Assembly (NCBI GenBank): GCA_004431415.1
Contig: QPMI01000256.1
Span: forward strand, 1 to 64,000
Direction: 5' to 3'
DNA length: 64,000 bases
From: Cyanophora paradoxa CCMP329
Lineage: Eukaryota > Plantae > Glaucophyta
A model generated the notes under the pieces. The model worked only from the letters and a program-made list of their open reading frames with translations. It was not told the DNA's origin and did not search any database. The translations under genes were made by a program, and so were the position numbers. Shown here one piece after another: positions 25,701-35,786 of this stretch (positions within the stretch are counted from its first letter, which is position 1; each line of letters begins with the position of its first letter).

Positions 25701-27390
25701 CCCCGCGCCCCCGCCCTCCCTCCCGCTCCCCCGCCCCCCTGACCCTCGGAGGCGCCAGGTGCGGGGCGCGCTGGCCGGCTTCGCGCGCTTAGCCGCCCGC
25801 GCCGCGTACGCCTGCGCCGACTGCGTCGTCGCCTGTACCCCCGCCTTCAACCCCGCCTGGGAGGCCTACCTCGCCGGTGACGCGGACACGGGCTCCCAGG
25901 TGGCCCCTCCACGCGCCGGGCGTTCTTCCCCCCGCCGCCCCGCCCTGCCCCGACGCGGCGGTGCAGAGGACGGCGGATGCGCGGCGGCGGCTGAGCCCGG
26001 TCGCGAACGGCGTCGAGGCCTGCCGCCCGCCCCGCCCCGCCCTGCCCGCCAGCCCCGCCGACGCGTGCCTCACTCTTGTCGACCAGTTGTCGCGCTTCAG
26101 CGCGGCGCGGGGGGCGGAGGAGGCGCGGCCGACGGCGATTATGCTCTCCCATCTTAATCCCCTCAAGGCCCGCGCGCTCGCGCCCCGCCGAGAAGCCCCG
26201 CGCCTCCTTTCCAGCTCCCCGCGGCGCCGGAGCCGCATCTGAGGAGGGCGCAGGACGTGCTGACGGCAATCCGCGCCGCCAAGCTCATCGTCGAGGGGTA
26301 CGGCCTCGCGGACTACCAGGTGCGGGACGCACGAAAGAAGCTCGACCGCGCGACCGATGCCTCCGCCTGGCCGCGCAGCTGCTGGTGTACGGGGACCCTA
26401 GCAAGGACCCGCCCTATGCCGCCCAGGCGCCCCGCCCGCCCCGCCCCGCGCCCCCGCGCCGGGCCCTCGGCGGCTGACGGGGCGGGGCGGGGCGGCAGTG
26501 CCAGCGGGCGGTGGAGCAGCTCGGCCTCTCCCGCCACGTTCTCCTCTGCGTCCGCCGGCCCCTCGACCCTTGCTCCCCCGCCTGAGCGAGCGCCGCGCAG
26601 GGGCAGGGGCGGGCGAGCGAGGCGCTGCGGCGGGGCTGGCTCTTCGTGAACAGCAGCCGGAGCGAGGGCCTCCCCCTCGCCCTCGCCGAGGCCGCCCTCG
26701 CCGCCCTCCCTGTCGTCTGCACCGACGTCGGCGGCTCCCCGGCCCTGCTTTCCGCCGCCCCCGCGCCCGGTGCCCCGCTTCTGGGCCGCTGCGTCCCGCC
26801 CTGCGACCCCGCCGCCCTCGCCCGCGCCCAGGCGAGGCCGGCTCCATGTCCCCGCGCGCGGCCTCCTGCGTGCCGGCGTCTGAGGGCGCCCGGCGGCGCA
26901 GGTGGAGGTGCTGGCGATGACCGGCGAGCTGCCGGCACTCGCCGGCTGCCCCGCAGTCCCCGCCTTCGCCCTCCAGGGGCCGCCCCCGCCGCCCTTGCGG
27001 CGCGCGTCGCCCAGGCGGGGCCCCTTCGCCGCGCCCTCGGCCTGCGCCTGCGCGCCGCCGTCGCCGCCTCCTATGGCATTGTGCGCCGCGTGCTGCTCCT
27101 TTCGACGCGTGCTGCCCCTAACTCGAGCTCTGAACGCAGGATCGCTACGTCCGCGAGCACGAGCAGCAGGCGCGCCTGTCCTCGCAGACCCTCTTGCCAC
27201 GCCCCGGCCTGCCTCTGACCGCATCCTCCGCAATCCGCAGCTCTGGCTCTTCGCGATGCGGGCGGCGGCTCGGCGCGCAGTGGCCACGACGGGCCCCGCG
27301 TTGCACTTCTCATCCGCGGTTGCGGCTTTCGTGTCGCCTGGAAGAGTCAACGGAGGTTCGGAAACCGTCGACAGCAAGGCGGGCGCTTAA
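16755..27390 (+). CDS. Giant multi-exon membrane glycosyltransferase, GT4 with DUF3492-like region (fungal Gtb3 / bacterial PelF-like); 5' part uncertain
   Basis: C-terminal exons read LDCATWPMDG|GGVAACRRDLL..IAW..VAEVANE, VWDHAIAYRE, ADCVVACTPAFNPAWE, VANGVE, MLSHLNPLK|DVLTAIRAAKLIVEGYG..YQ|LLVYG, GWLFVNSSRSEGLPLALAEAALAALPVVCTDVGGS (GT-B EX7E) and RYVREHEQQ|LWL. Hydrophobic TM-like exons lie at ~19700-22650. Confidence 0.8.
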
Positions 27391-30014
27391 TGCGGCCTCA
27401 GGCTGCAGCTGGCAATGCACAGTCGAAGTCTAGAGCCTGCTGGCGAGGCAATGTCAGTCAGTCATTGATTTGCTTGATTGATTTTGGATTTTTAATTTTT
27501 GATCGTACATGGATTGTTCATCATTTGCGAAAGAAGAGACATCAACTTTTGTGTAGATCCAATGAGTACTAGTGCCCCGGCGCGGGCTCTCTGTCGTAGT
27601 ACGCATTATCCGCCGCAATACTCATAATTTTATATCCAGCTCCTGAGCCTCGGAGCAGCAGATTTAGCCCCTTAAGACCGCGACGATTCTGCCTGGGCGG
27701 ACGCCTAATAATCATCGCCGTCCAGGAAGCAACAGCAACCGAATTGATTCGTATTTTCGAACGAAACCTTTCGTATTTGTGAACGAAACGCCACTTGGGC
27801 TGCCAGGCTGCCCGACTGACTTGTAACCGGCTGGGCTGCCAACGGGCTCAGCTTGTTTCCGACCGGTCAAAGCGGCAACGGATGAGGTCGTGCGCAGCGC
27901 GCGCGTAGGGGCCCTCTGCCTCCCCACCTTATTCCTAGGAAGCAACAGCTTAGCAATTTGAACACGTGCATTTTTCGCGAGTTCATACACCTCGATCCAG
28001 CATATAGAGAGGTTGTCGCCGAAGTGCAGAAAAAGGCCGATTATATTTAAGTCGTCAGCTTTATCAGCCTTATATATTTGTCACGTTCAATATGTAGTAA
28101 CAAGAAGAGATTTCATTATAGAAATTGAATAGACATCAGCATTGACATCAGCATGGGAACTCTTCTCACGCCTTGGATGACACCTGCGAAAGTCATCTGA
28201 GTTTTTGATGAAGTTCCAGGCGACTTCATCTGGCGAGTCACTGGGAGGCCCCGTACAAAAGACTTCACACGAAGTAGCCTCAGCCTGGGCTCTGGCAGCG
28301 ATCCACTTGCGCTTCACGTACGACCTGGCCGAAGCATAAGTGAAGCCCGAAGCCTGGCCCATGGCCAGCGCCACCCGGCATCCAGAGCACGACCCTTCGA
28401 TAAGGCCATGACCATCATGGCATGATCGTGATAATGGGGAGAGGGGGCAGCGACGTAAACTTTGAAAACTTTGAATAATTGAGTGACTGTCACAGTGTAG
28501 GAAGGGACGATGTTCCGCGTTGTGCACTTAGCCCCCTCTCTTATTCATCACCGCCCATCCTCGTCATGATTGCGGCCCCCTTTTCTCATTATCATGATCG
28601 TGATCTCGGCTCCGGACGTCATGTTCCTCCTCAAGATCGCGGCCCCCTTTTCTCTATGGCCTTCTCTATGTATCATCGCATTATGTATTACGGGTTATGA
28701 TCATGCACGGTGGCCAGGCAATTTCTACATAAAGCAAATCTGCACTAACTAATCCGCGCATTCCGGTTGGCCGTGCTTGCTTCAGGGCGACTGCGCGTGC
28801 GGCTTTCCTGCTGCTTGGTTATGCACATGCCCATTCAGTTGATGCGTGTTGCGCAGGTCTAGACAAGGTCAAGGCCAGCCCCCACACCGAAACCCCTCCT
28901 AGCTTTAACCGCAGTACGCTACTGGCCGTACGAAGTCCAGAGCTCACAGAGCCGCCCTCCTGCAAGACGGACTGGCCAAGCGAATCACATCGCAAAACAC
29001 TAGGTTCCTCCATGGCCATCCCCCCAAGAGCAGCAGCAGCCTCTGTCCTTGAAGAGCTCCAGTAGTCTCCGTTCCAGATCATGATCAGCTGCAGTAGTCT
29101 CCGTTCCATTCTCATCTTCGTACACATGCCAAGTTTTTCGCAGCCGAAGCGAGAGGGGAGGCGGAAAAAAGGATCGCTCGCGGTTTCGACAAATGTTTGT
29201 CGCGCTGCTGGCACACCTGGGAAAACTTGCACACCTGACATTCGCGAACATTGGCAAGTGTGGCAAACAAACAAGTGGTAAACCGTGGCCTGCCTGGTAA
29301 CTGCCTGTGGGTAAACAGTGCGCCACACACAACTGATTACAATTGGTTACAAATAGTACCTCCGCAAAGTACATAAACGATGTGGTTCTTAAAGTACAAG
29401 TACAACTTGCGCTTACGTAGCAGAAGCTGCTGTTTTACGAAGCTGCTGCTCTGTGAAAATTTGAGAGCATTAGCGACTTTGCTCAGAAATTTCAAGCAAG
29501 CTCACGAGATTATCTTTCAAAAATATGAAGTTATCAGTGAATGGTTAGCTGCAGGAGTGGTTCCAGGGCTGTATGGTATGAAAGGTTCCAAGGCATTGGC
29601 GGCGGTTAGAATTTAATCTGCAGGTGGAATAGCGCCTGTAGAATCCTTTTGCATGCGCACTCGGCGAGTTCGTGCGCAAGAGCCGACTGTGGAACCCCAG
29701 ACCTAGAGATATAGCTAGAGTTGCGCTCGGGCTGAACAAGAGAGTTGTGGTTGAAGCCGCAACTGGTTTTACTGCCGAAGCTTACCTTTGGCGAGTTGCA
29801 GTAACCCGGGGGGTGCATATGCGCGATGACGCGGGAAGACCCGCCAAGCCGTCTGCCACTTCGTCTTCCCCGGGCCCGACCAAGCGTCTCGGCCTGCCGC
29901 TTCGTCTGCAAATACAGACATAGCACAGGTTTCGAACTTGACCGCTCGTGCGAGGCGGCGGATGCGCAACACGGCCGCGGGGACCAAATTTCTAGGGGAC
30001 CAACTTTCTGAGAA

Positions 30015-31024
30015 GGGGCGGAGAAGGGGGAGGGGGAAGCGGGGGGGCGGACCCGTCGGCGTGGCACTTCTCAAAGACGACGTCCTCGAGGAGGAGGCCG
30101 GCCGACGTGTTCTGCAGCATGTCCACCAGCACGCACCCGCCCTGCCGCGGCTCGCCGGGGGGCGCGGAGGGCGGCGGGGCGGGGCCGGGGGCGCACGACC
30201 CAGCTCCTGCCGCCGCGGAAGGTGAGGCCCCGGATGCGCATGTTCGCCGCCGCGTCGTAGAGGGCCATCACCTGCGCCCCCGCCCCTCGCTCCCTTCCGC
30301 GCAGGCGCCCGCCCGCGGGAGCCCGCACCCGCCCTCCGCCCCCCGCGTCCAGCACCACGTCTGCGGGGCCGGCGCCGGCCCCCACCACGGCCAGGTTCGC
30401 CTTCTCCGGCTGCGCGCGCCGTCGGCCAGCGGCCGGCGGCGGGGCGGGCGGGGACGGCGGGCCTTCAGGTCCGTCTCCGCGTACACGCCCGGCGCCAGGC
30501 GGATCTCGTCCCCTGCCGAGGCTTCCGCGAACGCTGCCGGGGCGCTCGGGCGCTGGCGACAACAGGCCGCGCAGCGAGGGTGCACCGCGAGCGAGTGTCT
30601 TGCAGGGCGCGGAGCGGCCGCAGCCGGCAGCGTCCGAGCCGGCCTTGGCGTCCACCTGTAGCGTCGCGCCCGCCGCCGATCCCAGCACGCAGGCGAGCAG
30701 CAGGACGCCGGCCATCCTCAAAGAGGTCCGCCCCGCTGCCGCCATCTTGAGCGTTGCGCCGCTCCCTCTCCTGAGAGCGTGATACAGATATAGCACAGGA
30801 GTCGAAGATGACCGCTAGTGCGAGGCGGCGATGCCGGCTGCTGGCCAGCAGCGGGTGCGCAACACGGGGGACCAAGTTCTTAGGTGGTCGGTATTGCTGA
30901 TGCGTGGATAGGCCCTTTAAGGTTCGATCTCCGACGCTCCGGGAGGCGTGTGCAAGTGAGCTCGAGCCGCCGGCTGGAATGGACGTACTCCGCCGAGTCC
31001 GGTCTGATCTCCGACTCGTCCAGC
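30015..31024 (-). pseudogene. Near-identical duplicate of the promoter and first exons of the 39000-47541 surface-protein gene, 3'-truncated
   Basis: 30015-31024 matches ~46847-47849 apart from a few G/C-run indels. It encodes MAGVLLLACVLGSAAGATLQVDAK...LVDMLQNTSAGLLLEDVVFEKCHAD, then breaks off inside an intron. Confidence 0.85.
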
Positions 31025-33049
31025 GCGAGGTCTCACCTATAGCTAGCGCGCCCCCAGCAAAGGCTGCAAGGCCGAATCGGGTATGCACGTGCGGACAACA
31101 ACAAACACTAGGTTTTTTCACATTGCCCAATATAAACCTCTCCAACTCCTCGAGGACCTGCGCGATGAGTAGGATTGAGGCTAGGCGAGAGGGAGAGACG
31201 AAGGAGGCAGAAGAAAGAAAAGAAGCTTGGTGCCTTATTCACTAGGAAGCAAGGTATTCCTGCTTCACTTGTCCTCTTCTGCTGGGCGGCCAGCGATGCG
31301 CCCTAAGAACATTGCCATAATTATAGAACTGCAACCGCTGCGCAAGCTGCAAGCCGAGCTCCTGCGCCGTCTGCTGGCGCTGATCGTTGTCCGAGCCGCC
31401 ACCACGTCCTCGGCCGCGGCCATGTGCCCCTGCTGCTTTTGGCCTGCTGAGCGCCGGTGGCTGGGGCCGCGGCGGCTCCGGGGGCCGCGGGGCCTGCTGA
31501 TGACAGGGGCGGCTTGGCCTGCAGGCCCCGGGACCCCGGCGATCACCGAGGCCAGCTCCTTTGCCGCCGATGCCCGGCCCAGGTTGACTTCTGCGAGGTC
31601 CGGGGGGGTCGCCAGTGCCGAGGTCCTTGGCGGCGAGAGCTGCAAACGAGGCTAAGGTCTACCACAAGACTGACCGCTGGGCGTCTCCGTTGCGAGGAAA
31701 ATGAAACGAAGAGAAGCGGCATCCAATGAATGATACGAATTGGTGTGATCATGGTGTGATCATAAGGAAGTAAGAGATGATATCGAGGGGCTGCAGCTGC
31801 GGAGCCGGAAGCTGGCCAGATAGAAGAACGGGGCGGAGGATGGATTCTGGGGGAATGTGCGAATATAGACCAGGAAGGCGTCGCTCTTCCAGGCTGGCAT
31901 GCAAGCCTCTGCGGCCGCCGTCGCCACGCCGATATGGAAGGAGTGGGGCTAGAGGCGCTGGGCTGCGGGGATTTTTTCGGAGACGAAAAGGCAGAGCGAC
32001 GGAGGGGGCAATGGGCACACACGGCTTCATCGACGTGAGGCAGGTCGACGCCCTTCGCCACTCCGAACCTGGTCGGTTTTCGAGGCCTATACGAAAATTT
32101 GGTACTGCGCTATAGCCGCGATAGCGTTCGTGAGATGTGTACCCCCCTCTCGGGCCCGGGGAGGACATAATCTAAACTCACAGGTATCCGTGGTATCCGT
32201 TGAGGGGCCGGGGAAGGCGGTTGGCGGGCGCCGGCGGCTGGAAGCCTGCAGCTGGCGGAACTTCGGAACGCGCCACTGGAGCCTCGAGATCCCTCCTCTC
32301 GACCGTGGCTGCCCGACCTTGTCCTCTCCCGTCCCTCCCCATCGCCCATCGCCCTCACATACCGCACCCCCCGTCCCCCCCCTCCCCGACGTTCTGAGCC
32401 CGGCGGCTCCACCAGGCCCGCTCTCGGACAAGCTTAAGCTTAAGGGAGCCCCCGGAACTGAACCCGCCGCGCTGGCGACACGTGCACGGCAGGCCGTACG
32501 CTAGCTTAGACAGGCCATAGCGTGTGCAGAGTGGTTTATTTTAGATTCTAGAGCGCCTTCCAGAAGGCCCTAGCTATTAGCTAACTAGGCAAAGCTACAA
32601 CTGCAGCTCAGGATCACTCCGGATCCGCCCTCTTGACCTCTGCTCCCTCTCTTCGCCCTTCTCCCTCTCCCCGCGTTGCACTTGCACTTGTACTGCATGC
32701 GCAGCTCTAGATCTAGCACTTGCAGAAAAAAATAAATACGGGTTGGTTGAATACGTATGTAAATAATAATCCATGGTATGGTTGGTTGAATACGTATACG
32801 CTGGTTACCATGGGGCCATATCTAGGAGCGCAAAGCACTGATCGATATCGTGATAATCTCCAGCTGCAGCAGCATGCGCAGAAATGTACATATACGCTTG
32901 TGCATGAAACGTCCACGTCATCATAAACGCTACAGCTAGCGCTAACGTGCTTGTTTTTTCGCTGGTCAGAACCCGCGGTCCGCGAGCCGTGGGGCTTTAT
33001 AATTACTGCCCGCCGTGCCTCCGCCCCGCTCGGCGAGTTGCAATTGCGC

Positions 33050-33315
33050 CACAGCCCGCCGCGCCTCCACCCCGCCCGTCGAGCTGCGCCGCCGCCCGCC
33101 CCTCCTCCGCCTCGCCCTTCGAGCTGCGCCGCCGCCCACCGCTCCTCCGCCCCGCCTGTCGAGCCACGCCGCCGCGGCCGTCCCCCTCTCCTCTGCCCCG
33201 CCCATCGAGCCGCGCCGCCGCCCGTCACTCCTCCACCTGCCCGTCGAGCCGCGCCACCACCAGACGCGCCTCCGCCTGCGCATGCCGAGCCGCGCCGCCG
33301 CCCGCCCCTCGTCCA
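33050..33315. repeat. ~40-bp GC-rich minisatellite, about 6 units
   Basis: (t/c)cgagc(t/c)gcgccgccgccc..ctcctccgc recurs at 33079, 33119, 33159, 33205, 33244 and 33285. Confidence 0.75.
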
Positions 33316-34741
33316 ATTTGCCCGGCGAGCCTGGCAGCCGCCCGCCGCGCCTCCGCTTGGCCCGGCCGCGGGGAGCCGAGCAGCTGCCTGCCTCGAACTC
33401 TCGTCCGCTTTGCCTGCTGGCCCTGGCGAGCCGCCTGTGGCCCACCGCGCTCTGCCCCGCCTGGCGAGCCGCGCAGCTGCCCGGCCCGCTGCGCGCCCCC
33501 GCCCACCATAAAAGTGGCACGCCATATATATACACACGCACTGTTTGCGGTTGTTGTCGACTGCACTCCCAGGCTGTGGCAGGCCTAGGCTAGCGCTGGC
33601 TCGTGGTCATAAGCCGCGGGGCGGACTTGAGGCCTTGGCCATGGCCATGGCTTGTATACAATGATAATTAAGGGGTTGCAATTAATATTGATCATGACCG
33701 CAAGCCACCCCTATAAGCGCTAGCCTACGCTTCTGATATCGATCGCCGCGAGTCGAACACGCGTACGGGAACTTCCGAAGTTCGGAATGGACCGTCGGAC
33801 GTACTCTGCCGACTCGAATAGTTCGGTCTGCAGCTGATCTCCGACTCGTCCAGCGCGAGGTCTCACGTGCACGTGCACCTAGCTATAGCGCGCCCCCTGG
33901 AAGGCTGCAACTGGCGCCGGCCCACCGCCGGGGTCTCTTATAAGCTTGCGCACACACGCGCAGCACTCTATATAGCTAGATCTGGCTGCACGTGCACCGC
34001 GCCCTCGGCCATCCCGGCCTCAGCTGCAGAGATCTAGATCGATATCTAGAGGCCCGCCCCACTGCCGCCATATATATGCATGTTGCAATTGAGCGCTACG
34101 CCGCTCCCTCTCCTGAGAGCCCGGCCGCTGAGCGTGATACAGATATATATATATATATAGCACAGGAGTTGAAGCTGACCGCTAGTGCGGGGCGGCGATG
34201 CCGGCTGCTCGGCAGCAGCGGATGCGCAACACGGCCGCGGGGACCAAATTTCTAGGCGGTCGGTATTGCTGATGCGTGGATACACTGGATAGCCTAGTAA
34301 GTCCTTTTAGGTTCGATCTCCGAGGCTCCGGGTGGCGTGCGCGCGCAAGTGAGCTCGAGCCGCCGGCTGGAATGGACGTACTCCGCCGAGTTCGGTCTGA
34401 TCTCCGACTCGTCCAGCGCGAGCTCGAGGTCTCACCTAGGCCTAGCTATAGCGCGCCCCCTGCAACTTAGGCTGCAAGGCTGCAACAAAACTGGCGCCGG
34501 GTCTCACACACGTGCACGCACATGCGCAGCACTCTGGCTGCACCGCGCCCGCCGGGCCGGTCGACGTCGACGTCCGCGCGGCTAGCTCCGATCTTGGCGA
34601 CGTTCCTGCTTGTACCCCGCACGATTAAAAAACCTCAAAGCCGATTGAAATTGCCATGAGCGAAGAATCATTGACGAAGAACTGGCAGAGTTCGATGAGA
34701 GGGGCTGCGGACTCAGTGCAGACTCACTGCAGAGGCAAGGC

Positions 34742-35111
34742 TAGGGCACTGGCCGGCGGCCAAGCCGGCTAGCTAGCCGGCCAATTTGGGCAAGGGGCGC
34801 CTGGGCTAGGCAGCCGAAACCCCGGCTTGCCAGCCCAGGGGTTTTGCCGGTTTTCCCCGGCTTGTCAGGCCAAGTCAGCAAGCCCGGGGCTCGCAATCGA
34901 GCCGGCGAACGAAGCATAGGTGAAGTTAGCGCGAGCTGCACCAAGCCAGACCAAGCCGCGCTGGCCACCGGTACCATAGTAACTGGCAAGCCGCTGGCAA
35001 GCCAGCCGAAATTTTGGAGCCGCCAAGCCGCTAGGGCCAGCCCCGGTGCAAGCTTTCGGAATTTTGGGCCAGCCCCGGTGCAAGCTTCTAGACCCGCCGG
35101 CCAGTGCCCTA
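34742..35111. mobile_element. Non-autonomous hAT-type DNA transposon / MITE (370 bp)
   Basis: Perfect 18-bp TIRs TAGGGCACTGGCCGGCGG...CCGCCGGCCAGTGCCCTA. 8-bp TSD GGCAAGGC at 34734-34741 and 35112-35119. The paralogous site (~48189-48196) has one GGCAAGGC and no insert. Internal caagcc/gccagcc repeats. Confidence 0.92.
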
Positions 35112-35194
35112 GGCAAGGCTTTCCGCACAAATGTTGAAAGAAAGCGTCTCTCAGAACTCGGTTTCATTTTCTTATTTGTGCATTGGAAAAAGAC

Positions 35195-35348
35195 GAAGGC
35201 GGCGCGTACGCCAACCCTCTCTAACATAAATTGTGGTGTTGAGACACCCGATTGGATGCTCAAGTGGCTTCCACCCGTGGAGTGCAGCGGGCTTCCACCA
35301 CCGGCTCGCGTCTTCGTGATCACGCGACGACCCCACCCAGGTAAGTAT
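35195..35348 (-). ncRNA. U1: U1 spliceosomal snRNA, copy 1
   Basis: 5' ATACTTACCTG; SL1 TCGCGT-GATCACGAAG-ACGCGA (U1-70K loop); SL2 loop CTGCACTCCA (U1A-type); SL3; helix H GGTG/CACC; Sm site AATTTATG; SL4 GAGGGTTGGCG-TACG-CGCCGCCTTC. Confidence 0.97.
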
Positions 35349-35373
35349 GATTTGCTCCACCGTCCCAACCGGG

Positions 35374-35416
35374 TCTATCGAACGCGGGGGCGCGATCGCG
35401 AGCCCCGAGGTGGGAC
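35374..35416 (-). promoter_or_regulatory. snRNA promoter: USE GTCCCACCTCG (35416-35406) and degenerate TATA-like TTCGATAGA (35382-35374)
   Basis: One mismatch to the plant USE consensus RTCCCACATCG, at -68..-58 from the U1 start; conserved in copy 2. Confidence 0.75.
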
Positions 35417-35786
35417 CCCGCCCCGCCGGCCGGCCGCCGCGCACCGGCCCCGGCCGCGGGGCGCGGGCGGCGATCGCACGCCCGCCGCCTCACATCGAGT
35501 GCCCGCGCGCCGCGCGCCGCGCCGGCGCCCGCCGCAGCCGGCCTGGCAAGTCATGCGGCCGCCCGCCCCCTTGACGTCCTACCCCCAGTTCGTCAAGTCG
35601 ATACAAGCTTCTGAAGTTGGGTCGCGCCGTGCAAGCCGCTGAGCCCCCGACGACCCTGTTCGCCGCTAGATCGACGATCCAGCGGATCCTTCCCCGTCCC
35701 CGTACGGCGAGATCTTTAAATTTCAGCCGCAGTTCCCCTGCGCGCACCGCGTAAGTGAGGCCCAGTCGTACAAGGTTTTTAGCAGC

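Larger units (their letters stand above)
34089..35582. repeat. Segmental duplicate of 47572-48659 (U1 gene plus flanks); partial copies at ~29925-29996, 30747-31070 and 33780-33965
   Basis: Shared blocks include gctccctctcctgagag..cgtgatacagatatagcacaggag, ggctggaatggacgtactccgccgag, agctccgatcttggcgacgt, gcacaaatgttgaaagaa and ccccttgacgtcctac. Confidence 0.9.

Noticed and set aside
26970-27000. Frameshifts in the GT4 gene (and in the F-box, JmjC and surface-protein genes) read as pseudogenisation or programmed frameshifting
   Set aside because: They fall in G/C runs, and the duplicated segments also differ mainly by homopolymer length. Sequencing error is more likely; read polishing would settle it.
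30905-30945. B-box-like GGTTCGATCTCC in the repeated segment (also ~34310 and ~47746), suggesting a tRNA or SINE
   Set aside because: No A-box or cloverleaf could be built, and the copies are explained by local segmental duplication.
31227-32500. Possible small gene(s) in 31.2-32.5 kb
   Set aside because: No recognisable domain or consistent exon chain could be assembled.
33050-33315. CRISPR-like array
   Set aside because: Units are degenerate tandem copies without unique spacers, there are no cas genes, and the context is eukaryotic.
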